A DNA stretch of 64,000 bases from Spirochaetae bacterium HGW-Spirochaetae-1 (GCA_002839375.1 PGXY01000004.1:51612-115611), one strand, 5' to 3'. Shown: positions 38,272-48,294, counted from the first letter of the stretch. Translations and numbers: made by a program. Notes: a model not told the origin generated them from the sequence alone.

Positions 38272-39207
38272 ATGAAAAGCAAAACTTTTCCCCTGACTGC
38301 AGCGGATGGTACACCTATTTACATATATCAATGGCTTCCCGATACTAAAAAAGAGATAAAGGGCGCTATCCAGATTTCCCATGGCATGGCGGAACACGCA
38401 GCACGCTACGAGCGCTTCGCCGTGGAACTGGTTAAGGCAGGCTATGCCGTCTATGCCAATGATCACCGCGGTCACGGCAAAACAGCCGGGTCCCTGGACA
38501 AGGTCGGATATTTCGCCGATGAGCAGGGATGGGAAAAAGTCGTCGAGGACCAGTTCACTATCACCCGTCATATTAAAAAGGAGCATCCGGGGCTTCCGGT
38601 TTTTCTCTTTGGCCACAGCATGGGATCATTCGTATCACGCAATTATGTCATGCAGCACGGCAATGAACTGAAGGGTCTCATCCTGTCAGGAACTGCCGGC
38701 GATCCGGGACTGCTGGGAAAAATCGGTTACCTGGTGGCAAAACGCGAAGCAAAAAAAGTGGGCCGAAAAACCAGGAGCCCTTTTCTCGATAAGCTCTCAT
38801 TCGGCAAGTTCAATAGCGCCTTCAAGCCTAACAGGACCGCCTTTGACTGGTTATCCCGCGACAATGCCGAGGTTGATAAATACGTCGATGATCCATGGTG
38901 CGGTGAGGTTTTTACAGCGGGTTTTTTCTGCGACCTGCTGCCGGCTCTTACCTATATCAACAAAGCGGAAAATATCAACCGCATACCCAAGAATCTTCCC
39001 ATATATCTTTTTTCCGGCGCCCTTGATCCCGTGGGAGCAAACACCAAGGGAGTACTTCAGGTATACGGGTCATTTCTGAAGGCCGGAATCATGGATGTGA
39101 GCTACAAATTCTATCCGGAAGGCCGGCATGAAATGCTCAACGAAATAAACCGCGATGAGGTTTTCAGGGATGTCATAGCATGGCTCGACAAACACAGAGA
39201 GTCCTGA
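38272..39207 (+). CDS. alpha/beta hydrolase (lysophospholipase / monoacylglycerol lipase-like)
   Basis: ISHGMAEHAARYERFA...NDHRGHGKT...GHSMGS motifs. Confidence 0.75.
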   Translation: MKSKTFPLTAADGTPIYIYQWLPDTKKEIKGAIQISHGMAEHAARYERFAVELVKAGYAVYANDHRGHGKTAGSLDKVGYFADEQGWEKVVEDQFTITRHIKKEHPGLPVFLFGHSMGSFVSRNYVMQHGNELKGLILSGTAGDPGLLGKIGYLVAKREAKKVGRKTRSPFLDKLSFGKFNSAFKPNRTAFDWLSRDNAEVDKYVDDPWCGEVFTAGFFCDLLPALTYINKAENINRIPKNLPIYLFSGALDPVGANTKGVLQVYGSFLKAGIMDVSYKFYPEGRHEMLNEINRDEVFRDVIAWLDKHRES

Positions 39208-40019
39208 TCACCGGCGGGAACCGGGGAATCGGAGCGGCCATGGCGGAAAACCTGCTCTGGAAGGGATACCGGGTCACTGTCATATGCCGCGACATTGAAA
39301 AAGCCGAATTGTTTCTCAGGGAAATGAAATCCATGGGACTCACCGGCATCGATTATATTCGGGGAGACCTTGGCTCCATGGAGTCCATACGGGTCACGGA
39401 AAGTCTAATCAGAGAACAAAGTCCCCTGTTTTCCCATTTCATTCACAATGCCGGAATCTGGCCTGTACGAAAGGTTCTCAACCCCGATGGACTTGAGCAG
39501 TCCTTTGTCACCAATCACCTGGCACCGTTCATGCTGAACCACCTCCTGGAAGACATCTTCTTAAAAAACAAGTGTCGTATTATCCAGATTTCTGCGGGAC
39601 TTTATCCTCTTGGCATGAAGAATTTCAAGGCAACGGCCACCGGTGATAATTTCAGCATTTTAAGGACCTATGCCTCGACCAAATTTCTCAACCTGGTTAC
39701 CACCATGCGCTTTGCGGAAAAATGGAAGGGAACCGGTGTTGTCATCAATGCCATACATCCCGGCGTGGTCAGAACAGGCCTGGGTGAAATGAGAGGGCTA
39801 CCCGGCCTTGTAATGAAACTGGCCAAGCATTTCTGTCTGAGCCCTGCCGAAGGAGCTGAAGCCCCGGTAAACCTTGCCGTGAATACCCGTTTTGAAGGGA
39901 CATCGGGCGTTTATTTTGATCGGTTCAAACCGGCGGAGCTGAGGCCCATGGCTCTTGACAGAGAGTTCATTAACGGTGTCTGGAACCAGGCCATGTCACT
40001 CTGCAATTTCCCGGCATAA
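39180..40019 (+). CDS. SDR family oxidoreductase
   Basis: VLITGGNRGIGAAMA Rossmann motif, and YxxxK in YASTK. Confidence 0.8.
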   Translation: MARQTQRVLITGGNRGIGAAMAENLLWKGYRVTVICRDIEKAELFLREMKSMGLTGIDYIRGDLGSMESIRVTESLIREQSPLFSHFIHNAGIWPVRKVLNPDGLEQSFVTNHLAPFMLNHLLEDIFLKNKCRIIQISAGLYPLGMKNFKATATGDNFSILRTYASTKFLNLVTTMRFAEKWKGTGVVINAIHPGVVRTGLGEMRGLPGLVMKLAKHFCLSPAEGAEAPVNLAVNTRFEGTSGVYFDRFKPAELRPMALDREFINGVWNQAMSLCNFPA

Positions 40020-40037
40020 TCCATGGACTCTACTTCT

Positions 40038-40114
40038 GGGCACCTCTAAACATCAGGTTTTTCCACTGTTTGTGCCCACAAGGGAACATCCAGATTTAAT
40101 TTTTAGAAGTTCCC
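40038..40114. repeat. intergenic repeat element copy B (77 bp), overlapping the last 6 codons of the 786-aa gene
   Basis: See copy A. Both copies lie exactly at convergent gene ends. Confidence 0.5.
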
Positions 40115-42420
40115 TCATGATTCATCCCCTTCTTCATCTGCTCCAGGATCTCGAAATGACTCTTTGAAAAGGCCAGGCTCCTTGCCTTTTTCAGTTTTTC
40201 CAACGCTGCGGGATCATCGGCGCTCATGTCTTTCATCTCTTCAATGAGTGAATAGAAGTCGATATGCCGCTGCATGAGCTTTTTCTCCGAAATACCCCAG
40301 AGAGTATTTCCTTCCACAACCGTTATGCGCTCACCGTCCATGAGAATAAATACATTTCCGGGGAAAATCCAGTTGGGATTTTTCTTTTTCAGGGTCTTCA
40401 ATTCAATGGGCGCATACCCGTTCTTCAGGGCTACCTGGTTTGCGTAGAGAAAAATATCATAATCAGAAACATGGACATTGTATGTTTTTTTAATGGTCTC
40501 AACGCGGTTCTTTTCAGCCTCAACTTTCCTCTCCACGGCCATCCGCTCTTCGCGTGCACGGTAATCCTGCAAGAGACTCATCCCTGCAAGGAAAAGTCCG
40601 GCAAGAATAAAAGGAACGGCGATGATGAAAAGGACTTTCCTTATTTTCCGCAGCCGTATTTTCCTGAGCTGCATGCTTATACTCCGCCGGTCACCGGCCG
40701 CGGCGCCTTCGGGGGCTATGCCCCTTTCTCCCGGCATAGCCCCGGCAAGTTGTTTCAGGTTCTTTTTCAAGACCGGGCTCTTTCTATAGTAAAGAGACAG
40801 GAGCTTCTGAAGACGCTCGCGGTCCTGAAGAATTGTCAGGCACTGCTCGTGAAAAACTGAACCGGCTATTCTACCGCATGACGCCGTATTAATTTCATCA
40901 GGGAATGGATACTCCGGTACTGCTTCCCGGTTATCGGCTCCATGAATGAAATAGACACGATCGCCGTATATGGCCAGATTGACGTACCGTCGGCCGGGGA
41001 ACATCTCCATCATGGGCCCTTCCGGTACATTTTTCTCCATGGCATCGATAATTTTTCTTACAGCGGAATCGCCATGCAACTCCTCTTCGATGCGGAACAT
41101 GGTCTTCAGATTTTGCAGGGCGAGAATCTCTCCAAGGGATGCTCCTTCCTGCCGGGGGAGCATCTTCATGAACTTTCGTTTATTCCTGGGCGGCCATTCT
41201 TCCAGAAGGTGCCCCAGTCCCGCCCCTGCAATTTGCTGTATAAGGTCCTTCAGCACGGTATCCATATCGTCGTAGATCTGTACCTCATACTGCATGCGGG
41301 TCGGCAATGTCACGACGGGCCTGACCTTCCCCTGTTTTAAGCCGTCCCCAGTCACCACGATGGGACATTCCACATCCTTAAGGAGGGGAGCGGCTCCGTC
41401 ATAGATTGTCCCGTTCATAACGAGAATATGGGCCCTGGAATTAAGCGCGCTCTCAATCCCTTCATAGTCTGCAATAAAGGCGATATTCACATCGGCCCTG
41501 GCAGGAGGCACATTGCGGTACTGCGCCAGGAGGCTGGTACTGCCTTTTATCTGTTTGATTACAATTCCCTCTCCCGTACTGTATTCCATGCCAGAAAGGG
41601 GACTGACGGTAAGAACACAATCCGGGTACAGGCGCCCCAGGAGCGCTGCCGCATCAGTATCATGACTGAATATTCTCAGCCGCCGTTTCTCCTCGTGCTT
41701 CCATTTCAGAAGGGGGATAATGGAAGGAGCGGGTCCGCCGGGCATCACCACACCCTGCACCAGGGAAGGGTCCATGCGCAGGGAATGAAAATCTTTGAAA
41801 ACCGAAGGATATATGCCGTGAAGCGTGAAATATCCGTTGCCGTAAATACAGGGGCTCCCCGTGAGCGTAATGAAACCCTTGCCCCTGTAACGGTCTTCCG
41901 CACTCTCCCGGGAAAGAAGTGAGCACATAGCCATATCGCTGCAATGCTTTTCCCGCATCGCTGCAAGATCGAAAAGAATCATTTCGCCAAGTTTAACCCG
42001 GAAGTTGCCGCCCCGGTAAAAAATGCCCGTATAGGACCCTTTTTTTGAAATGGCCCGTTCCTCGGTATTCTCACCGGCCTGTTCTATCTCCATCACCGAC
42101 ATGGCCTCTGTTTCAGCTCCCTGCGCCTTAAGAAGGGCAAGGCCGTCGCGCACGGGACGCGTACTGCCGATATAACGGTTTTTCCCGGGACTGGCGTGAT
42201 CAGTATTGTTTAATTCGGCGAAGGGGCTCCCCGTGGGAATATCGGGAACAACAATATTTTCAATGAGGGGCAGGGCCTCAAGAGGCAGGTCGCGGCTGTT
42301 GCCGATACGTATCAGGGGACGCTCATCGTCGAGGGAATCGCCGGTGAAGATAATGAAGCATTCCGGTGCAATGACAAAAAGCCGGTCTTCCGGTTTCTCG
42401 ATGATATCCTTCAGTTCCAT
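40096..42420 (-). CDS. large conserved hypothetical protein: about 600-aa cytoplasmic N-region, one TM helix, coiled coil, about 140-aa C-terminal domain
   Basis: The start was chosen at MELKDII, with a GGGGAGG SD. TM segment VLFIIAVPFILAGLFLAGMSLL. No motif I can assign with confidence. Confidence 0.55.
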   Translation of the reverse strand: MELKDIIEKPEDRLFVIAPECFIIFTGDSLDDERPLIRIGNSRDLPLEALPLIENIVVPDIPTGSPFAELNNTDHASPGKNRYIGSTRPVRDGLALLKAQGAETEAMSVMEIEQAGENTEERAISKKGSYTGIFYRGGNFRVKLGEMILFDLAAMREKHCSDMAMCSLLSRESAEDRYRGKGFITLTGSPCIYGNGYFTLHGIYPSVFKDFHSLRMDPSLVQGVVMPGGPAPSIIPLLKWKHEEKRRLRIFSHDTDAAALLGRLYPDCVLTVSPLSGMEYSTGEGIVIKQIKGSTSLLAQYRNVPPARADVNIAFIADYEGIESALNSRAHILVMNGTIYDGAAPLLKDVECPIVVTGDGLKQGKVRPVVTLPTRMQYEVQIYDDMDTVLKDLIQQIAGAGLGHLLEEWPPRNKRKFMKMLPRQEGASLGEILALQNLKTMFRIEEELHGDSAVRKIIDAMEKNVPEGPMMEMFPGRRYVNLAIYGDRVYFIHGADNREAVPEYPFPDEINTASCGRIAGSVFHEQCLTILQDRERLQKLLSLYYRKSPVLKKNLKQLAGAMPGERGIAPEGAAAGDRRSISMQLRKIRLRKIRKVLFIIAVPFILAGLFLAGMSLLQDYRAREERMAVERKVEAEKNRVETIKKTYNVHVSDYDIFLYANQVALKNGYAPIELKTLKKKNPNWIFPGNVFILMDGERITVVEGNTLWGISEKKLMQRHIDFYSLIEEMKDMSADDPAALEKLKKARSLAFSKSHFEILEQMKKGMNHEGTSKN

Positions 42421-42498
42421 GGCAGAGCCTCCCCGTGATGTATGAAATTCAAGCAAATCGGTTTTTATATCACGGGGAGCGGGAATGTCAAGGATTAA

Positions 42499-43509
42499 TT
42501 ATCGTACCTGCAGGGCCAGGATGGGGCTTGAGTGGATTTGTTTCATTTTATTATCAGATATGTCATAAATATAGAGACCGTCATCAGGGGCTCTATCCTT
42601 GATTCCCATAGCCAGATTCCCTCTGAACGGCTCAATTCGAATTTCTCCGTTTGCATCGCCAAAATCATACTTAGCCTCATGGGCATCGATAGCCATGTTT
42701 ATCTTATAAACAACCCAGGTAAGCTCATTATCCACACAATATGCGGTGCTTTTATCGATAATGGCATAATCAGTTGTAACGCCAAGCCCATAATTAAAGA
42801 GAACCGGTGTATCTGTACCACTTGATGGAAAACGATACAAAGTATTACTGGTGCCGATGTACACATAAGCACCAACTTTATCGCCAAAAATGGGAGAGTT
42901 AACACCAAGAGTTGTTGAACTATTTAATAATGTGAGAGTCCCATAATCCCAGCGATATATGTAACTGTCAGTCAAACCGTCCGAAACAAAAATATAAATC
43001 TCACCGTCATCGGAAGAAGTAAACATAATTGGATTTGATATTGTTGCCAATGACAAAGTAGTTGATGAGGCAAAGATGTTTGCGATGGTATCGACACTCC
43101 CTTCATCAAATTCATACATAAGTCCCGAATCATCAAGGGCATATACCCCGTGTCTGTTGCCCTTTGTATAAATTGTATTGGCAGGGTAACAACCGGATAT
43201 ATTCGTCCAGGTTCCGGACAAGCCGTAATCATGAGGGGTAAGGCTCACAGTAAAAGTATCGTTATTCATAATTACCCGGCTGTCCCCGGATACGACCATA
43301 TCCGTTATGGCGGCAGTAATTTCTGTACTGTACCGGTATGGCGCTTTCCCGCCGGAAATAAGGAGTTCTTTATAGCCTAAGTCATCATCATCAACAGCAT
43401 AGATGACTCCCGGCCCATTCAGGGCCGCGTCATAAAATCCCTGACAGCCCGTTAGAGTCAGGGATATCACAAAAACGCTCAGTATGTATTTTACTATTTT
43501 TTCAAACAT
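42499..43509 (-). CDS. lipoprotein of unknown function (beta-rich, Thr/Ser/Gly/Tyr-rich)
   Basis: The start was chosen at MFEKIVKYILSVFVISLTLTGC (lipobox). Low-GC segment. Confidence 0.5.
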   Translation of the reverse strand: MFEKIVKYILSVFVISLTLTGCQGFYDAALNGPGVIYAVDDDDLGYKELLISGGKAPYRYSTEITAAITDMVVSGDSRVIMNNDTFTVSLTPHDYGLSGTWTNISGCYPANTIYTKGNRHGVYALDDSGLMYEFDEGSVDTIANIFASSTTLSLATISNPIMFTSSDDGEIYIFVSDGLTDSYIYRWDYGTLTLLNSSTTLGVNSPIFGDKVGAYVYIGTSNTLYRFPSSGTDTPVLFNYGLGVTTDYAIIDKSTAYCVDNELTWVVYKINMAIDAHEAKYDFGDANGEIRIEPFRGNLAMGIKDRAPDDGLYIYDISDNKMKQIHSSPILALQVR

Positions 43510-43723
43510 TTTGCAGCAGTCTTCCTCAAAATTGCATTCGTCGATACTATATAAAATCAATACTATGGTTGCAAGAATAATTTTGTTCCAAAGCTGGTGA
43601 TCGGTATTTCTAAAAGAACAAAATTCCTTTACATTCCCATAAATAAATAATTGCATCCTGCCCGATGTACTGTTACATTTATTCCATAAAATCTGCATCT
43701 TAACCTTTCCCTGGAGGACCGTT

Positions 43724-44566
43724 ATGAAAAAGTGTATTATCCTTCTTATTTTCGTCGTCGCTTATACGGGATGCCGTGATTCCGTCAGCGTCACAAAACT
43801 CTGGGAATCGGAGAAAAAGCTCAATGTTCCCGAGTCAGTACTCTATAGTCCCGGAGAAAACATTCTCTATGTATCAAACATCTACGGCAAGCCCACGGAG
43901 AAAAACGGCCTGGGTTTTATCGCGAAGCTCGACCTCGATGGAAAGATCATCAAGCAGGAATGGGTCCGGGGACTCAACGCCCCCAAGGGAATGGGCATCC
44001 ATGGCGACACCCTCTATGTCACCGATATCAGCCGTATTGCCCTTATCAGCATCAAGGATGCAAAGATTGTAAGGACCCATGACGTGAAAGGAGCGAAGTT
44101 TCTCAATGACATAGCCATTGACGCCAAAGGTACTGTTTACATCACCGACATGTACACCAATAAAATACATATGCTGAAAAACGGCACGGTTTCCCCGTGG
44201 CTTGAATCTCCCGCGGTGAAGAGCCCCAATGGCCTGTGCATGAAAGGCGACCGGCTCCTCGTGGGCGTGGAAGGAGCAATCCTCAGCGTCGGGTTGAAGG
44301 ATAAAAATATTTCCACCGAGGTCAGCCTCCCGGGACACGGCATGGTGGACGGGCTCCGCGACACGGGCGGGGGCTCTTATATCATCAGCGACTGGAACGG
44401 AAAAACAGAACTCGTGTATCCCGACAAGCCGGGAAAAGTACTGCTCGATACTACCGCGCAGAAAATCAACGCTGCCGATGTGGAATATATCCCGGGGAAA
44501 AACATGCTCCTCATCCCGACCTTTTTCGACAACCGGGTTGTGGCATACCGTGTGAAGCCGGATTGA
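43724..44566 (+). CDS. lipoprotein, possible SMP-30/gluconolactonase/LRE-like beta-propeller
   Basis: Lipobox AYTGC. Repeated ...G..YV.D... blade-like segments. Weak assignment. Confidence 0.45.
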   Translation: MKKCIILLIFVVAYTGCRDSVSVTKLWESEKKLNVPESVLYSPGENILYVSNIYGKPTEKNGLGFIAKLDLDGKIIKQEWVRGLNAPKGMGIHGDTLYVTDISRIALISIKDAKIVRTHDVKGAKFLNDIAIDAKGTVYITDMYTNKIHMLKNGTVSPWLESPAVKSPNGLCMKGDRLLVGVEGAILSVGLKDKNISTEVSLPGHGMVDGLRDTGGGSYIISDWNGKTELVYPDKPGKVLLDTTAQKINAADVEYIPGKNMLLIPTFFDNRVVAYRVKPD

Positions 44567-44730
44567 CTCCTCGATATTCGTTTGAGACATGATGTAACAG
44601 TTTCCCGGCAGACAGGAAACTGTTACAGGTATCAATGGCTTCGTTCAAAACTTGGTGAAGATCTCACTTTTGGAAATAATTTTTTCTGATATCCCACTTT
44701 ATCTCTAACAATAAAACCAGGGAGGATAAC

Positions 44731-45654
44731 ATGCCGCACTCTAACACTCCATCAAAACGGGTTTGTGCCCTGTTCCTGACGATAGCGCTTTTCCCGTCTC
44801 TTCCCGGATGCAAAGATAAAAAAGAAAACCACGCCGATGCTATAACCCGTCATATAATTGCCACCAGGAACGACATACGGACCATTCTCCCCGCTGCTGG
44901 GAAAATAAAACCGCTCTTCATCACCTTCTGGGACTTCGACGGAACAATCCAGAAAGGAGATTGTACTGAAGGCCTTACTATCAATGGCAACCAGGTATTC
45001 AAGGGGCTGGCGCAAAAATCCATTGAAGCCGGCTTCTCAAGGGAATATCCCCCTGCGAAGTATTCAATTTTTAAAAAGACGGCTCTCCATCTTGAAAAAG
45101 CAGACCATACAGCCTATCTGCTTCTCTATCCACGGGCACTGGCGGGCAATGAGGAAAATAAAATAATCGCCTTTTCAGAAGACTACTTCAATTCAACTTT
45201 GCAGAAATATTTCTTTCAGTCATCCATGACGGTCATGAAATCCCTTCAGCAGGAAGACATCGGGATCTACGTCATCAGCGCCAGTGCCCAGGTTTTTGTC
45301 CAGGGATCAGCGAGTGCCCTTGACATTCCGTCCGGCAATATCCGCGGCATTCTCATGAAAAGCGATCAGGAAAAAATCACGCGCGAGGCAATCCCGCCCA
45401 TTACGCACGGTCCCGGTAAAACCATGGTTTTAAAACAGATTGTTGCCGATCTGAAAAAAGAAAAAGGAGGCCCGGTCTTTGTGCTGGCGGGATTCGGAAA
45501 CAGCTACGGCACCGACGGGGATTTCCTGGCATACATCACAAAGATTAAACTGCCGGCGGGGAAGACCATGGCGGTCATGATCAACGGCGGCGAAGCACCG
45601 GGGAAATATCGTGGAATGTTTTATGAGGTGAAACAGGAAAAGATTATGAAATAA
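44731..45654 (+). CDS. lipoprotein with a HAD-superfamily hydrolase-like core
   Basis: Lipobox LPGC. FWDFDGTIQKGD matches HAD motif I (DxDGT). Confidence 0.5.
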   Translation: MPHSNTPSKRVCALFLTIALFPSLPGCKDKKENHADAITRHIIATRNDIRTILPAAGKIKPLFITFWDFDGTIQKGDCTEGLTINGNQVFKGLAQKSIEAGFSREYPPAKYSIFKKTALHLEKADHTAYLLLYPRALAGNEENKIIAFSEDYFNSTLQKYFFQSSMTVMKSLQQEDIGIYVISASAQVFVQGSASALDIPSGNIRGILMKSDQEKITREAIPPITHGPGKTMVLKQIVADLKKEKGGPVFVLAGFGNSYGTDGDFLAYITKIKLPAGKTMAVMINGGEAPGKYRGMFYEVKQEKIMK

Positions 45655-45693
45655 AATCATTTCTCCCTTTCATTGTCTCTCCAGATCCCGGCA

Positions 45694-46620
45694 TCAGGGG
45701 ATCATCATATCCAGTCCCTTCCACTCCGTATCATACTGCGCGTCCTTTGCCCGGAATTTTATCCCATAGCATATATACCGTATTACATGCTGGATCATTT
45801 CCTCGTCGGACAGGGTGACACGTATAGTTTTCGTAGGATACGTGGATACTCCCGAAGAGCCGACGCCTTCCTCGATGCTCACTTTATCCCTTTGCGCCGG
45901 GTCATTCTGTATCAACGGATCATTTGCCAGTACGGTCGGTATTACATAGGGGAACAGGGGTTTGAAAAATAACTGGCGCTGTCCCGTTTTTGCATCAAAC
46001 ATCGCCGTGGTATATGAAATTGAGCTGAAGCCTGTTACCCTTGATTCCGATGTGACAATGTACAGGTACGTATCGCCGATATCCATATAGTGAAACACCA
46101 GCAGGGAATCCACATTTCCTTTCACCCGGTCCAGTATTTCCTGTACTGTCATCTCCGACAGGGACCGATCCCACTTTTTTGCCAGAGCCCGCACATCGAC
46201 GGCTTCATATCCTTTTTTGCTCATGAAGTGAACGAGTCCCTTTGTCAGCTGCGGGGTTATATTCCTGTAATAATTATTCTCTTCCTTCCGCACGGCTCCA
46301 AGATTACTCAGGCTTGCCGGCTTATACCGGGGATAATCGGGTATGGATTCTTTAATTCTTGTGTCATCATCGATATACACATCGACAAAATCCTCGGAAA
46401 TACCCATGGTGGACTGGGACTTACATGTCCGGTTCGCATAATTTGTCTGGAGAGTGATATGTGAAACACCGGAATAGACCTGATTCCCCATTCGCACCAC
46501 CAGGATACCTATTTTCTTATAGTGCTGTTTGTTGAAATCACCGGCGATCTCGAATTCCCTGAACATGGAGCATCCACTTAATATTGTTGAAATAATCATA
46601 ATTGTAAAAAATTTTTTCAT
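45694..46620 (-). CDS. lipoprotein of unknown function
   Basis: MKKFFTIMIISTILSGC lipobox. 308 aa. Confidence 0.5.
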   Translation of the reverse strand: MKKFFTIMIISTILSGCSMFREFEIAGDFNKQHYKKIGILVVRMGNQVYSGVSHITLQTNYANRTCKSQSTMGISEDFVDVYIDDDTRIKESIPDYPRYKPASLSNLGAVRKEENNYYRNITPQLTKGLVHFMSKKGYEAVDVRALAKKWDRSLSEMTVQEILDRVKGNVDSLLVFHYMDIGDTYLYIVTSESRVTGFSSISYTTAMFDAKTGQRQLFFKPLFPYVIPTVLANDPLIQNDPAQRDKVSIEEGVGSSGVSTYPTKTIRVTLSDEEMIQHVIRYICYGIKFRAKDAQYDTEWKGLDMMIP

Positions 46621-46749
46621 GGAAATCCCCCGATGTGCATGGTTTTCCGGTAATACCGGTTTAGAATATCTTTGGAAATGTATGAATTATTCTCTGTTGA
46701 TATACAAGGACTTTTTCTTCAGAAATACTGAATAGTCATTCCCGCCCCT

Positions 46750-48294
46750 TCATTTTTCATCCGCCCCCCTGCCTTTTCTCTCATATACCCACACCAGCAG
46801 CAGCACCCCGGCAAAAAGCCCGTATCCCAGGGGAACCATCCCCGCCATTCCCCATCCCACGGCGGGAGAATGAATAAGCCCCAGCCAGGAAAAAGCAATG
46901 AGAGGCAGAGTCCAGTAGAAAGCCCGGAGAAAATTCTTCTCGATAATATACACAGCCACACCCGTGAGAAACATGGCGGAAAAGAGGGGCCCCTCGGCAA
47001 AAACCAGTATGCCCTTCAGGTGGGGAAGTGTTGCGGCAATAATACGGTTCGTCTCCTCCACGGGTTTTCCTCCACCGGCATTGACGAACTGCCGCAGAAG
47101 CGAGAGTCCCCAGGCGGCGATGGCCGGCATGAGCCCCAGGGCCACGGCAGGGGCATGCTCTCCCGGTGTCGTCTGGAAGGCCTGGGCCGTGATGACCACG
47201 CCGATCCAGAGCAGGATGGGATAGCCGGCTTCCAGGGGAATCAGCGACACGACAACACTCATGAGGCCCGTAAAACATATGAGCGTTATAACCGCTCCAT
47301 TCAGGACACTGTATCCGGACCGGGCGCCCAGTCCCTTCCAGCCGGGATGGCCGATGTACACCGTCGTGGGAAAGGGAGAGCCGAACAGGGCCCCAACCAC
47401 GGTTCCGGCGCCGTTCATTGCCAGGGCAGGCATGGCCCGATAGGTATCACCGGCGGCCGAGGCCGACTCTATATTCTGCAGGGTCCCGAAAAAACTCATG
47501 AGGCCCATTGGGACGGATATGGAAAGGTAGGGAACCATGCGTGCCATGTTATCCGCGGTAAAAATACTGAAAAGAGCGAAATCAGGTACATGCAGAGAAA
47601 TCTGGTCTATTGATTTTGTCAGTGCCGCGCCGTCCATGGCCCCGGTGGTCCAGGCAATGAGTGAGCCCAGAAACAGTGCGTAAAAACCGGCCGGTATTCT
47701 GAACGGGAGCCGGACATGGGAAAAATATTCCACGAGAATGAGAGCCAGGGGGATAAAGGCTATCACGGGTTTGTCCCATATCTTTATTGTATGATCCAGG
47801 GCTATAAAAGCAATGGCTATGCCCGCCAGTGTGGCCAGGAGCGCGGCCCGGGGCGATATCCTCCGGAGAAAATCGCCGAAGAAGGCTCCCAGGCCTTCGA
47901 ATATGCCGCTAATCAGGCAGCTCATAACACCCACCTGCCAGGCCAGTTCCGCATCCTTTGTCTGGACGTATACCGGCATGATAATGAGAGAAAAAAAGGC
48001 CAGAAGTGAAACGGTGTTAATACCGTAAGGAAGCGCCGTCACATCCAAACGCTGTTCCCTCCGGGCCAGCCTTCGGGACTGCCAGGCATAAAATATATTT
48101 CCCGCCAGTACTGACAGTGCCGTGGCCGGAAGTATCCGCCCGAAAATGAGCCGCTCATCCATGCCGATGGAAAGGCACAATCCCGTGATGATAAGCAGGT
48201 TAACAAGGTTGTCGATAAAAAGACCGATGAAGCCGTCGAAATCACCGCGGACAAAAAAAGGTACTTTGAACATGTCACTATTTCTCATCAGCAT
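46750..48294 (-). CDS. NCS2-family nucleobase permease (AzgA / xanthine-uracil permease-like)
   Basis: 514 aa, about 13 TM, with conserved GLxxxxG blocks typical of NCS2. Markedly higher GC than its neighbours. Confidence 0.7.
   Translation of the reverse strand: MLMRNSDMFKVPFFVRGDFDGFIGLFIDNLVNLLIITGLCLSIGMDERLIFGRILPATALSVLAGNIFYAWQSRRLARREQRLDVTALPYGINTVSLLAFFSLIIMPVYVQTKDAELAWQVGVMSCLISGIFEGLGAFFGDFLRRISPRAALLATLAGIAIAFIALDHTIKIWDKPVIAFIPLALILVEYFSHVRLPFRIPAGFYALFLGSLIAWTTGAMDGAALTKSIDQISLHVPDFALFSIFTADNMARMVPYLSISVPMGLMSFFGTLQNIESASAAGDTYRAMPALAMNGAGTVVGALFGSPFPTTVYIGHPGWKGLGARSGYSVLNGAVITLICFTGLMSVVVSLIPLEAGYPILLWIGVVITAQAFQTTPGEHAPAVALGLMPAIAAWGLSLLRQFVNAGGGKPVEETNRIIAATLPHLKGILVFAEGPLFSAMFLTGVAVYIIEKNFLRAFYWTLPLIAFSWLGLIHSPAVGWGMAGMVPLGYGLFAGVLLLVWVYERKGRGADEK

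Noticed and set aside
46781-48028. Long plus- and minus-strand ORFs (165, 247, 97, 71 aa) within 46.8-48.0 kb.
   Set aside because: These are alternative frames of the GC-rich NCS2 permease gene, and their translations are Arg/Gly/Pro-rich nonsense.
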